DNA of 64,000 bases, from assembly GCA_937903605.1 (NCBI GenBank), contig CALCZC010000025.1, forward strand, positions 67,275-131,274. Direction: 5' to 3'. Within the stretch, counting starts at the first letter, position 1; every line of letters begins with the position of its first letter. The stretch is from an uncultured bacterium. Lineage in GTDB: Bacteria; Patescibacteriota; Patescibacteriia; Magasanikbacterales; GWA2-37-8. Both the position numbers and the translations under genes were made by a program. Below the pieces are notes generated by a model. That model worked only from the letters and a program-made list of their open reading frames with translations, ran no database searches and was not told the origin of the DNA. Below, piece by piece: positions 45,262-54,855 of this stretch.

Positions 45262-47157
45262 GTGAGTGATAATTTTTGGGACAATTTAGAAGAGGCAGAA
45301 AAAGAACCGGAGTTTTACGCACCTCCGGATGTTAATTATTTCGCCATGACCAATTTCCGCAATCAAATGCGTAAATTTGGTATCAAGACCGATGACCGTC
45401 GCCGACACATGTATGTTATCGGTAAGACCGGTATGGGTAAGACCACGGTGCTTGAAAATATGGTGCTCAACGATATCTATGCCGGGCATGGAGTTGGTTT
45501 GGTTGATCCGCATGGAGATTTTGCCGAAAAAATCATCAACTATATTCCGCCCCGTCGCATCAATGATGTGGTATATTTTAATCCGGCTGATATGGATTTT
45601 CCGGTCGGTTTTAATATTTTTGAAACCGTTCGTCCGGAACACAAACATCTGGTGGCTAGCGGTTTGATGGGTGTTTTCAAAAAGATTTGGGTAGATATGT
45701 GGAGTTCTCGCATGGAATATATTCTCAATAATACTATTTTGGCGTTGCTCGAATATCCGGGTACGACACTACTTGGTATCAATCGCATGTTGGCTGATGA
45801 CGAATATCGTAATCGTATCGTTGCCAATCTCAAAGATCCGGTAGTAAAAGCTTTTTGGCAAAGTGAATTTGCCGGTTATAACGACAGATACAAACAAGAA
45901 GCGGTCGCGCCTATCCAAAACAAGATCGGTCAGTTTTTGTCCGCTTCGGTTATCCGCAACATCGTGGCACAAGTAAAAAGCAAGATAAACATCCGCGAAA
46001 TCATGGATCAAAAAAAGATTTTTATCATGAATTTATCCAAAGGTAGAATCGGGGAGGATAATTCTCGACTCTTGGGAGGTATGCTCATCACCAAAATCCA
46101 ACTCTCTGCCATGGAACGTGTAGATATGGCGGAAAAAGATCGTAAAGATTTCTTTTTATACGTGGATGAGTTTCAAAATTTTGCGACTGAAAGTTTTTCC
46201 AATATTTTGTCCGAAGCGCGTAAATATCGCTTGGATTTGACCATGGCGCATCAATATATGGATCAGCTTGATGAACACGTACGCGCCGCGGTAATAGGTA
46301 ACGTCGGCAGTATCGTTACTTATCGTGTAGGTTCGACAGATGCGGAAATATTGGGCAAAGAGTTTGCGCCGATTTTCACGGAAGAAGATCTGATCAACTT
46401 ACCAAAATACAACGTTTACCTCAAATTGATGATTGACGGCGTGGCCTCACGTCCTTTTAGTGCCATCACCTTGCCGCCTATTGGCAAACCTACCGGTAGT
46501 TTGGAAAAAGTGGTACGCGTATCTCGTGAACGTTACGCGACACCGCGCGATCAGATAGAAGATAAGATTATGCGTTGGAGCGGAATGGAAGAAAATATTG
46601 ATGAAAACAGAGAATTGGATGAAGATGAAATAGAGTTTAATAAAGCCGCGCCTTTGGTAAAAACTCCCGATACCGGCGGAAAAAAAGAATTTAAGAAAAA
46701 CGATTTTCGCGGTGACAAAAAAAGTAAACCAAATTTTAATAAAAAAGATAAAAAAAGTTTTGATTTTGCCTCTTTGCGACCAGATCCGGTTTTTGTTCCG
46801 CCACCAACGGTTAAGATTCCGCGTAAAGAAATTGTTCCGCCAAAGCCGGTAATAAAAACCGAGCCCAAAATCATAGAACAGAAAACAACTACGCTTTCAT
46901 TGTCTTCTTTGCAAAATAGGACAGATGTCAAACCACCGGAAAAATTGGCGCAAAAAATAGCCCCGGAACCGATTGAAAAAGAAATTGTTGAAGAACCACC
47001 GCAAAGTATCAATTTCAGCGATTTAAAGCGTTCCCACAAAGCAGAACCGCCAAAAAAAGTGGAAAATAAACCGAATTTGCCGAAAACCGAAAAGCCGCGA
47101 GAAAATCAAGGTAATCCGAAACCGCTAAAGCCAAATGATGTGGTAACTTTTGATTAA
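45262..47157 (+). CDS. VirD4/TraG/TraD-like (type IV secretion coupling-protein-like) AAA ATPase with Pro/Lys-rich C-terminal tail
   Basis: Walker A VIGKTGMGKTT, Walker B FFLYVDEFQNF, and TraG-D_C-like RKYRLDLTMAHQYMDQL. C-terminal about 200 aa are low-complexity (PPKPV…). Confidence 0.6.
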   Translation: MSDNFWDNLEEAEKEPEFYAPPDVNYFAMTNFRNQMRKFGIKTDDRRRHMYVIGKTGMGKTTVLENMVLNDIYAGHGVGLVDPHGDFAEKIINYIPPRRINDVVYFNPADMDFPVGFNIFETVRPEHKHLVASGLMGVFKKIWVDMWSSRMEYILNNTILALLEYPGTTLLGINRMLADDEYRNRIVANLKDPVVKAFWQSEFAGYNDRYKQEAVAPIQNKIGQFLSASVIRNIVAQVKSKINIREIMDQKKIFIMNLSKGRIGEDNSRLLGGMLITKIQLSAMERVDMAEKDRKDFFLYVDEFQNFATESFSNILSEARKYRLDLTMAHQYMDQLDEHVRAAVIGNVGSIVTYRVGSTDAEILGKEFAPIFTEEDLINLPKYNVYLKLMIDGVASRPFSAITLPPIGKPTGSLEKVVRVSRERYATPRDQIEDKIMRWSGMEENIDENRELDEDEIEFNKAAPLVKTPDTGGKKEFKKNDFRGDKKSKPNFNKKDKKSFDFASLRPDPVFVPPPTVKIPRKEIVPPKPVIKTEPKIIEQKTTTLSLSSLQNRTDVKPPEKLAQKIAPEPIEKEIVEEPPQSINFSDLKRSHKAEPPKKVENKPNLPKTEKPRENQGNPKPLKPNDVVTFD

Positions 47158-47178
47158 TAAAAAAGCAAAAAAGCACTC

Positions 47179-47207
47179 TTGACAAAAAGGTCAAAATGTG
47201 CTATAAT
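47179..47207 (+). promoter_or_regulatory. strong sigma70-like promoter with extended -10 (TTGACA – 17 – TGcTATAAT)
   Basis: cTTGACAaaaaggtcaaaatgTGcTATAATatt. 22 of 26 core nt identical to the promoter at 5422-5450. Confidence 0.7.
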
Positions 47208-47221
47208 ATTGCCAAATAAGT

Positions 47222-47325
47222 TTGGGTTACGTACGTTTTTGTGACAAACAAGTAGTCGTTCCCAAAACAGGTCGTTTAATTAAAAAATCCAAATAACATT
47301 TTGGGAAATAGTCACAAAAATTACT
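47222..47325 (+). promoter_or_regulatory. structured ~110-nt 5' leader upstream of the zinc-ribbon gene
   Basis: Nested complementary segments TTTTTGTGAC(47237-46)/GTCACAAAAA(47311-20) and CCCAAAA(47261-67)/TTTTGGG(47300-06). Confidence 0.4.
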
Positions 47326-47640
47326 ATGATGGACAGACAAATGTACTCTGTAGACGCTACTTGCGCAAAATGTGGCGCTCATATTTCTGAGCTTCCTTTT
47401 CAACCAAGTGGTGATCGACCAGTTTACTGTTCTGACTGCAATCGTGAATTCCGCAACCGCAACCGTGATGACAGAGGCGGACGTGGATTCAACAATCGTG
47501 ATCGCGGTCCAAAACAAATGTTTGACGTAAACATTGACTGCGCCGGCTGTGGTACGAAAATTACCAAATTGCCGTTCATGCCAAAAGATGGCGGAAAGCC
47601 AATCTTGTGCATCGATTGTTTGAAAAAACAAAGAGCATAA
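47326..47640 (+). CDS. tandem-duplicated CxxC…CxxC zinc-ribbon protein with Arg/Asp-rich linker
   Basis: Two repeats of C-A/G-x-C-G-x-x-I-x-x-L-P-F-x-P…P-[VI]-x-C-x-D-C, separated by RNRNRDDRGGRGFNNRDRG. Confidence 0.6.
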   Translation: MMDRQMYSVDATCAKCGAHISELPFQPSGDRPVYCSDCNREFRNRNRDDRGGRGFNNRDRGPKQMFDVNIDCAGCGTKITKLPFMPKDGGKPILCIDCLKKQRA

Positions 47641-47645
47641 AATTA

Positions 47646-47672
47646 AAAAACTCGCTGATAAGGCGAGTTTTT
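47646..47672 (+). terminator. rho-independent terminator after zinc-ribbon gene
   Basis: AAAAACTCGC-tgataag-GCGAG-TTTTTT. Confidence 0.65.
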
Positions 47673-47836
47673 TAATTAAAACTCAAAACGCAAATCTCAA
47701 AACTCAAAACCACAACTTAAAACCTTAAAACTACTAATAAATCGTCCCGACTTGTCGGGACACCAAAGTTTTGACTTTTGACATTTGAATTTTGACTTAT
47801 AACATTGAAAATATCCCAAATCTTTGATATTATTAA

Positions 47837-48976
47837 GTGAGTATGAGAAATAAAAAAATGCCTAAAGTGTTAGTCTGTCTCTCCGGTGGCGTAGATTCTT
47901 CTGTAGCCGCCGCTCTTTTGGTTAAGGCCGGATATGATGTTACCGGCGCATTTATGGTGAATTATGATGATAAGGATGCTCTGACAAGTTGCTGGCGAGG
48001 GGATTACCAGGATGCTCTGCGAGTCGCTGCTAAACTTCATATTCCGCTTTTACGTTTGAATTTTGTTCGGGAATACAAAAAAGCGGTTTTGGACTACATG
48101 TACTCTGAGTACAAAAAAGGCCGGACACCAAATCCGGATGTTTTGTGCAATAAATTTGTGAAATTTGGGTTTTGGTTGAAAAAAGCGAAAAGTTTGGGTT
48201 TTGATTACCTTGCGACCGGTCATTACGCCCGACTTTCCAGTTTGTCATCCCGCGGGCCAAAGGCCTCCCTTTGGGAAAGGCGGGAATCCAGTATCAAATT
48301 GGTTAGCGCTGTTGACGATAATAAAGACCAAACATATTTCCTTCATCAATTGAACCAATCTCAATTAAAGCATATCATGTTCCCCATAGGCGAATATACC
48401 AAAGACCAAGTTCGTAAATTGGCGGATAAATTTGATTTACCAACTGCCAAAAAAGAAGAAAGCATGGGTATTTGTTTTATCGGGGAAGTACCGATGAAAG
48501 AATTTTTACAAAAAAAGATTAAATCAAAAAAAGGAAAAGTGATTTTAAATAATAGTAAAGAAGTTTTGGGCGAACATGACGGTGTCCCTTTTTATACTAT
48601 CGGACAAAGATTGGGTTTGAATAATAAACCTTATTTTGTTGTTAAAAAAGACGCAAAGAAAAATATTTTGTTTGTCGGAACTGAAAATGATCCGGAACTT
48701 TTGAAGAAAGAAATTGAAGTTGAAAATGTAAATTGGATAAGTGGACAAAAGCCGAAATTGCCGTTAAAATGTGAAGTAAGACTGCGACATAGACAGACAC
48801 TACAAAAGTGTAGTGTCGAGTTCATAAAGTCTATAAAGTCCGTAAAGTCCATAAAGACGAAAGCGAATAATAATGTAATTATTAAGTTTCAAACCCCGCA
48901 ACGGGCCGTCACCCCCGGACAGTTTGCAGTTTTATACAATAAAGGTGTTTGTTTGGGTGGAGGAGTGGTAAAATAA
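47837..48976 (+). CDS. mnmA: tRNA-specific 2-thiouridylase MnmA (with an in-frame repeat-derived insertion)
   Basis: PP-loop SGGVDSS. Conserved …NKDQTYFL…. Alternative starts at ATG 47843 or 47858. Confidence 0.85.
   Translation: MSMRNKKMPKVLVCLSGGVDSSVAAALLVKAGYDVTGAFMVNYDDKDALTSCWRGDYQDALRVAAKLHIPLLRLNFVREYKKAVLDYMYSEYKKGRTPNPDVLCNKFVKFGFWLKKAKSLGFDYLATGHYARLSSLSSRGPKASLWERRESSIKLVSAVDDNKDQTYFLHQLNQSQLKHIMFPIGEYTKDQVRKLADKFDLPTAKKEESMGICFIGEVPMKEFLQKKIKSKKGKVILNNSKEVLGEHDGVPFYTIGQRLGLNNKPYFVVKKDAKKNILFVGTENDPELLKKEIEVENVNWISGQKPKLPLKCEVRLRHRQTLQKCSVEFIKSIKSVKSIKTKANNNVIIKFQTPQRAVTPGQFAVLYNKGVCLGGGVVK
48242..48291. repeat. family-1 palindromic repeat unit inserted in-frame inside mnmA
   Basis: ttgtcatcccgcgggccaaaggcctccctttgggaaaggcgggaatccag. 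The unit is near-identical to copies at 27987 and 62426. Confidence 0.8.
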
Positions 48977-49006
48977 AATATTTAATTTTTTTAATAAAAA
49001 TTTGTA

Positions 49007-49239
49007 TGATAACAACCATCGGAATATTAGGCGCATTTTTTATGTTATTGGCTTTTGTAATGAATCAAACCGGAAAGTGGAAAACCAATGATTTGATTTA
49101 TGATGTTGTGAATTTCATCGCAGCCGTACTTTTGGTTGTTTACGGTATATTGATCAAAGGTTATCCTTTTGTAATTTTAAACACGGTTTGGGCGTTGGTG
49201 TCGCTTAAAGATGTTTTTATAGATTTAAAAAAGAAATAA
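49007..49239 (+). CDS. small membrane protein, hypothetical
   Basis: Two TM helices. Start placed at ATG 49007 to avoid overlap with mnmA. Confidence 0.35.
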
Positions 49240-49401
49240 GTATGCCTTCCGAAACTGATAAACAAAAAATAAAAAAGATTATCCAAAAATTTGATGCAGA
49301 GATTGTTTTGCTCAAGAAAAAACAAAAGGAAGTTATTAAAAAGAATGTAAAGATTGTTGAAAAAAGAAAAATAGATCAAATAAGAAAGAAAATTTTTTAG
49401 T

Positions 49402-52400
49402 ATGGAGAATAAAATGATTGACAATGAAAAAAATAACGATTTTTTTTCCGATCTGAAAAAAAACCCAGATCGTGCTATTGAATTTGAAAAAATAGATGAA
49501 TTTACTGAAAATAATTTTGAAAAAGAAACAGAAAGTTATATTACCAACCAAACTAGAAATACTATTGTATCTGGTGAAAAAAATTTAATAATAGCCATGC
49601 AATCTGTTGAAGCTTCAGAACAAGAGTTACAAATGGCAAAGAAAGAATTAAATGAAATTAACCAAGAAATTAAAAAAGTTGGTCAAGATGGTCTTGATAA
49701 AGTTCATGAAAAAAAAGAAAGCGAAAAAGATAAAAAGTACGAGGATTTTTCCGAACAAATGACCCATCTATCACAACAAGGAAAAGAAATAAACTATGCG
49801 TTAAAAGAAAAAGATGAAAATTATAGAGAATTTATTGAAACAATGCAAGTTATTGCGGATATGGGAAATGTTTCTGAAGATGATGATGTGACAGCTATTA
49901 AATATATTGAAGCAAAAGGAATTAAAAAATATTTATCGGAAAAACAAATTAAAGAAGGTGTAAAAAAAGGCATTATTTCTTGCCTTTTGGAACAAAAGTC
50001 AATACCAGATTTGACAGTCTTTAAAGGCGTCGCTTCAAAAGAAGATCTTTTGGCAGATTCGGAAATTATTGAATCATTTAAAAAATCGATTAAAGAACTT
50101 ATAGAGAGGGGGGCTATTTCTATAATTAAAGGTTATATTTTACAGGCCGGATTACCGGAAGATGAAGTTAGAAAACCAGAATATGCTGAATCAATTAAAA
50201 TAGGAATACAAAAAAATTTGGAACAAGGAGATATCTATAAAGCTGAGGGAGATCTCTTAATGTTGGGTTTTACAGAAGAAGAGATAAAAGAAGAATTAAA
50301 AAAAGCAGAGTATAATCCTTTTGTTAAAAAGGGAATAGTTGAGATGCTTAAAAATGAGGATAGTATTAAAAAACTTCTCGATTCCACATCGCTTCCTTTA
50401 GAAGAATTAGATACTCCGGATATAATACATGGTTTTGTAATTAATCTCGCTAAAAACTTTAAAGAAGGAAATTACTATAGAATGGAAGAAACGCTTCATT
50501 ATGTGCCAGAAAAAAGAAAAGAAGAAGTTATTAAAGAAAGTATAATGGAATATTTCTTGATTGCTAATTTTAAAGATCCTAGTTGGGATTTAAGAAGAAT
50601 GATTGAATGGTTTAAATTGCCTACTGAAAATTTTGATTTAATCAAATTTGTTAAAACAGAAACTGATGATAAAAAAATTCAAGCAAAAATATTTTCTTTT
50701 TATGCAGATGAAAAACAATGGAAAGAGGAATTTGGCGAGGAAGAAATAAATAGTTTTTTGGATGTTTTGCCTAAAAAATCCGAAGAAAAACGCAATGCCT
50801 TTACGCATAATAAATATGATAGAACCAGTAAATTTTTGCAATTCTTATCCAAAGATAGTCTGTTTGTTTTAGATAAAGAAAATCTGGGTATAGCAAAGGA
50901 ATATATAAATAAATTTGGTTTAGCGAAATCAAAAATATTATATGAATATTTTAACAATATTAAATTACTTGAAAAAGGTTTATTAAAAGAATTACCGGAA
51001 GAACAAAAAAATGATGGTATTGTTTCTATGGAAATATTGGAAACAAAATATAATAATTTAAAAAATACTGTGTTTGGAGATAAGCCGATGATGGCGGAAA
51101 ATCTGGAAAATTTGTCAGAATTTGAAATTAGTCTTTTGAACAGTGTTACGGGGAAAAGTACTCATCGTTTTGATGGTGATCGTCCGAACATTCAAGAAAT
51201 TATAGAAAACTTTAAAAAATATTCTAAAAATGAAGGACACGAGGCGAAGGAATATGTGCCGGTTCCAAAGGAATATACATCGGCAGAAGTCGAGGTTAGC
51301 AATGTGGATATATCTTTTGATATCGAAAGAGTAAAAGAAGATTTTGATGTTTTGAAACAGGAAATTTTTCAAAGTTTTGATACGGAAGTTTCTGATAAAG
51401 ATAAAATAAATAAAATAAAAGAATCAGTATTGGATAAAATTAAGATCAAAATTCAGGAGCTGAAAAAAAATATTGAATCAAAATCTAACAAATTTTTGCA
51501 GGTACAATTGGAAAATTATCAAAATTTAGAAAAAAATATCACAGCGGTTGATGATTATGATAGTTTGATGGGAAATTTATTAGAAATCGAAAGAGGTACT
51601 GCGGAAAAACTGGGTTTATATGGTGAAATGAGGCAAATAATATTTCGTAAGATTTTAGAAAAAAATTACGGATCAAATCAAGCTGTAGAAAATATTCATA
51701 GTAATTTGGAAGGAAAAATAACCAGTCAATCAATTTTATCTATCGTTGATTTGATTGATAACTTTGCCAAGGAACATGTCTTGAATTTACAGGGTGCAAA
51801 TAGTGAAAAATATTGGTCAAACGAAACTTGGAAAAAAATTAAAGATGCGAAAGATAAAAGTAAAATGGTAAACTTATTAAAAATTTTTAGTCCACATCTG
51901 GATAGTCTTAAAAATGAAATAGCTAATTTTGAAGTAAAAGACAAAGGAGAACAATTTAAAATAAAATGTATTCCGGATAGAGGATTGGTCGGGGAAATGT
52001 CTGGTTATTTGGCGGATGTCTGTTATACAAAAGAAACAAAAATGTTGGAAAGATATCCCAATGTTATTCCGTTTAAGTTTGTGGTGGATGATGGAGTGGG
52101 AAATAAAAATTTTATTGGGTCTGTTTTATTGTTTGAACTTACGGATAATCAAGGAGAAAAAGTTGCTTTATTGCGTGGTTTTGACGTGCCTGATGAAAAT
52201 GATATAAATATTTCGAAGTTTATAGAAAAATTTATTGATCAAGTACAAATAATGACAAAAAATAGAAATATTAAAAAAGTTATTATTCCTGGGCTTAGTG
52301 GTGCTATTTCAAATTATAGAAGGACCGTAAATCATATGGCTTATAACTATGCCAAACCAAATAATCATGTAGCTTTGAGCGAAAAGTTTGATTTTAATGG

Positions 52401-52449
52401 AAATGAATATGATATTACAAACAATTGTTATATAGTAAGAAAAAATTAA
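49402..52449 (+). CDS. large (1015 aa) Lys/Glu-rich hypothetical protein
   Basis: A single ORF with no stops over 3 kb. Predicted coiled-coil-rich. No catalytic motif recognised. Lies between mnmA and alaS. Confidence 0.5.
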   Translation: MENKMIDNEKNNDFFSDLKKNPDRAIEFEKIDEFTENNFEKETESYITNQTRNTIVSGEKNLIIAMQSVEASEQELQMAKKELNEINQEIKKVGQDGLDKVHEKKESEKDKKYEDFSEQMTHLSQQGKEINYALKEKDENYREFIETMQVIADMGNVSEDDDVTAIKYIEAKGIKKYLSEKQIKEGVKKGIISCLLEQKSIPDLTVFKGVASKEDLLADSEIIESFKKSIKELIERGAISIIKGYILQAGLPEDEVRKPEYAESIKIGIQKNLEQGDIYKAEGDLLMLGFTEEEIKEELKKAEYNPFVKKGIVEMLKNEDSIKKLLDSTSLPLEELDTPDIIHGFVINLAKNFKEGNYYRMEETLHYVPEKRKEEVIKESIMEYFLIANFKDPSWDLRRMIEWFKLPTENFDLIKFVKTETDDKKIQAKIFSFYADEKQWKEEFGEEEINSFLDVLPKKSEEKRNAFTHNKYDRTSKFLQFLSKDSLFVLDKENLGIAKEYINKFGLAKSKILYEYFNNIKLLEKGLLKELPEEQKNDGIVSMEILETKYNNLKNTVFGDKPMMAENLENLSEFEISLLNSVTGKSTHRFDGDRPNIQEIIENFKKYSKNEGHEAKEYVPVPKEYTSAEVEVSNVDISFDIERVKEDFDVLKQEIFQSFDTEVSDKDKINKIKESVLDKIKIKIQELKKNIESKSNKFLQVQLENYQNLEKNITAVDDYDSLMGNLLEIERGTAEKLGLYGEMRQIIFRKILEKNYGSNQAVENIHSNLEGKITSQSILSIVDLIDNFAKEHVLNLQGANSEKYWSNETWKKIKDAKDKSKMVNLLKIFSPHLDSLKNEIANFEVKDKGEQFKIKCIPDRGLVGEMSGYLADVCYTKETKMLERYPNVIPFKFVVDDGVGNKNFIGSVLLFELTDNQGEKVALLRGFDVPDENDINISKFIEKFIDQVQIMTKNRNIKKVIIPGLSGAISNYRRTVNHMAYNYAKPNNHVALSEKFDFNGNEYDITNNCYIVRKN

Positions 52450-52476
52450 AATAAAAAAATTAAACTTATTGTTTTT

Positions 52477-54300
52477 ATGTTAACATCCACAGAACTTCGT
52501 CAAAAATATTTAGATTTTTTCAAAAGCAAGAACCATGCGATTATTGGTTCGGCTTCGGTAATTCCGGAAAATGATCCCACTGTGTTGTTTACCACCGCCG
52601 GGATGCATCCGCTCGTGCCGTATTTGTTGGGACAAAAACATCCGAGTGGTACCCGTTTGGCTGATGTGCAAAAATGTATTCGTACCGGAGATATTGATGA
52701 GGTTGGCGATATGAGCCATTTCACTTTTTTTGAAATGCTTGGCAATTGGTCGCTCGGGGATTATTTCAAAGAAGATTCTATCAAATGGAGCTTTGAATTC
52801 TTGACTGACAAAAAATGGCTTGGTTTGGATATAAAAAAATTGGCCGTGTCTGTTTTTGAAGGCGACGCTGACGCACCGCGTGATGAATTTTCCGCTGATG
52901 TTTGGAAAAAAGCCGGGATGCCAGAAAATAGAATTGCTTATTTACCAAAAAAAAATAATTGGTGGGGACCAGCTGGTCAAACAGGTCCTTGCGGTCCGGA
53001 TACGGAAATATTTTATTGGCGCGGTACTAGTGAATTTCCACCTGTTGATAGTAATCCGAAAAACGATGAAGAAAATTGGTTGGAAATCTGGAATAATGTT
53101 TTCATGGAATATTTTAAAAATGAAAAGGGTGAGTTTGAACCGCTCAAACAAAAAAATGTAGATACGGGCATGGGAATGGAGCGTACGATAGCCGTGATTA
53201 ACGGTTTAACTGATACTTACCAGATAGACACAATGTGGCCACTCATTCAAAAAATTGAAGAAATTTCCGGTCGTGAATATGTGGAAAATAAAGATGTTAC
53301 CAAAGCTATGCGCGTGATTGCCGATCATTTGCGTACATCCACGATGATAATGGGAGATGATCGAGGTATTGGCCCGAGCAATGTAGATCAGGGTTATATC
53401 GTTCGTCGTCTCATTCGTCGCGCGGTGCGTTACGGAAAAATTATCGGTTTGAAAGAAAATTTTTGTTCAATAATTTCAGAAAAAGTTATTGAAATTTTTG
53501 GCGATATTTATCCGGAAGTAAAAAAGAATAAAGAATTTATTTTGACGGAAATGGCTCGCGAAGAAAGTAAATTTCGAAATACTATTGAACAGGGGATAAA
53601 AGAATTTGAAAAGTTGGTTGACGGTTTTCGCCTTGCTTTTGAAAAGACCGGCAAGTTGATCAATACGATTTCCGGCAAGCAGGCCTTCAAACTTTATGAT
53701 ACTTACGGTTTTCCGCTCGAGATGACCATGGAATTGGCGGTGGAACACGGATTGAGTGTGGATGTGGATGATTTTAATGTGGCTTTCAAACGTCACCAAG
53801 AATTATCTCGCGCCGGTGCTGAACAAAAATTCAAAGGGGGGTTGGCCGATACCTCGGAAATTTCTACCAAATATCACACTGCCACGCACCTGATGCACAG
53901 CGCTTTACGCAAAGTGCTGGGTAGTCATGTAGAACAACGCGGTAGTAATATCACGGCGGATCGCATGCGTTTTGATTTTTCTCATCCGGAAAAAATGACT
54001 GACGAACAAAAACAACAAGTGGAAGATATGGTAAATGAGGCTATAGCCAAAAATTATTCCGTAACTTTCGAAGAAATGACAGTAGATCAGGCCAAAAAAC
54101 AAAATGCTATCGGATTGTTTGAAGATAAGTACGGTGAATCAGTCAAGGTTTACACTGTAGGAAATGATCAAGAAATTTATAGTAGAGAAATTTGCGGAGG
54201 TCCGCATGTGGAAAACACTGGAGTTTTGGGAAAATTCAAAATTACCAAAGAGGAAGCAGTTAGTTCCGGTGTCAGACGTATCAAAGCCGTGTTAGAATAA
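52477..54300 (+). CDS. alaS: alanine--tRNA ligase (short form: catalytic + tRNA-recognition + editing domains, no C-Ala domain)
   Basis: Class II motifs (…FTTAGMHP…, …GNWSLGDYFK…). Editing-domain HxxxH (HTATHLMHSALR). 607 aa. Confidence 0.85.
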   Translation: MLTSTELRQKYLDFFKSKNHAIIGSASVIPENDPTVLFTTAGMHPLVPYLLGQKHPSGTRLADVQKCIRTGDIDEVGDMSHFTFFEMLGNWSLGDYFKEDSIKWSFEFLTDKKWLGLDIKKLAVSVFEGDADAPRDEFSADVWKKAGMPENRIAYLPKKNNWWGPAGQTGPCGPDTEIFYWRGTSEFPPVDSNPKNDEENWLEIWNNVFMEYFKNEKGEFEPLKQKNVDTGMGMERTIAVINGLTDTYQIDTMWPLIQKIEEISGREYVENKDVTKAMRVIADHLRTSTMIMGDDRGIGPSNVDQGYIVRRLIRRAVRYGKIIGLKENFCSIISEKVIEIFGDIYPEVKKNKEFILTEMAREESKFRNTIEQGIKEFEKLVDGFRLAFEKTGKLINTISGKQAFKLYDTYGFPLEMTMELAVEHGLSVDVDDFNVAFKRHQELSRAGAEQKFKGGLADTSEISTKYHTATHLMHSALRKVLGSHVEQRGSNITADRMRFDFSHPEKMTDEQKQQVEDMVNEAIAKNYSVTFEEMTVDQAKKQNAIGLFEDKYGESVKVYTVGNDQEIYSREICGGPHVENTGVLGKFKITKEEAVSSGVRRIKAVLE

Positions 54301-54302
54301 TT

Positions 54303-54728
54303 ATGTTTTCTAAAATTGTCGGATACTTCAAAGAACATTCATTTGAATTTAATAGGTATTTTGTTATAGGAATCTCTGGAACGGTTCTGGACATAGTTTC
54401 ACTTTGGATATTGAAACAGTTTTTTAATCTGGTTCCAGTGTTGGCAGTTGTGGTGAACCAGATTTTTATTTTGCTATATTTGTTTTGGTTAAATAAAAAA
54501 ATCAGTTTTCGCGCACAGGGGATAGCCCGACAACAATTAGTAAGATTTGTTTTAGTGTTTGGGGGTAATTATATCCTCGCTATAGGCTGGATGTGGGCGT
54601 TCAATCATTTATTGAATTTTAATTATTTATTGGTTCGTTTGGTTAATATTGCTCTTTCTGTATCTTGGAATTTCTTTCTATATAAAGAATGGGTGTACAA
54701 AACAGCTAATAAGCAAATAAGCTTGTAA
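54303..54728 (+). CDS. GtrA-family membrane protein
   Basis: Four TM helices. RYFVIGISGTVLD typical of GtrA-like. Confidence 0.65.
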   Translation: MFSKIVGYFKEHSFEFNRYFVIGISGTVLDIVSLWILKQFFNLVPVLAVVVNQIFILLYLFWLNKKISFRAQGIARQQLVRFVLVFGGNYILAIGWMWAFNHLLNFNYLLVRLVNIALSVSWNFFLYKEWVYKTANKQISL

Positions 54729-54802
54729 GCAGTAAAGTAGTAAATAATTTTTGGCTAAAATAAGCGAAATTATCCATTAAAAAGCCGGTTTTTGGCTAAG
54801 AC

Positions 54803-54831
54803 TTGACTAAAATTAAAAAATAGTTTAATAT
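54803..54831 (+). promoter_or_regulatory. sigma70-like promoter upstream of infA operon (TTGACT – 17 – TAATAT)
   Basis: cTTGACTaaaattaaaaaatagttTAATATat. Confidence 0.55.
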
Positions 54832-54855
54832 ATTTACATAAATAATCCTTTCAAA

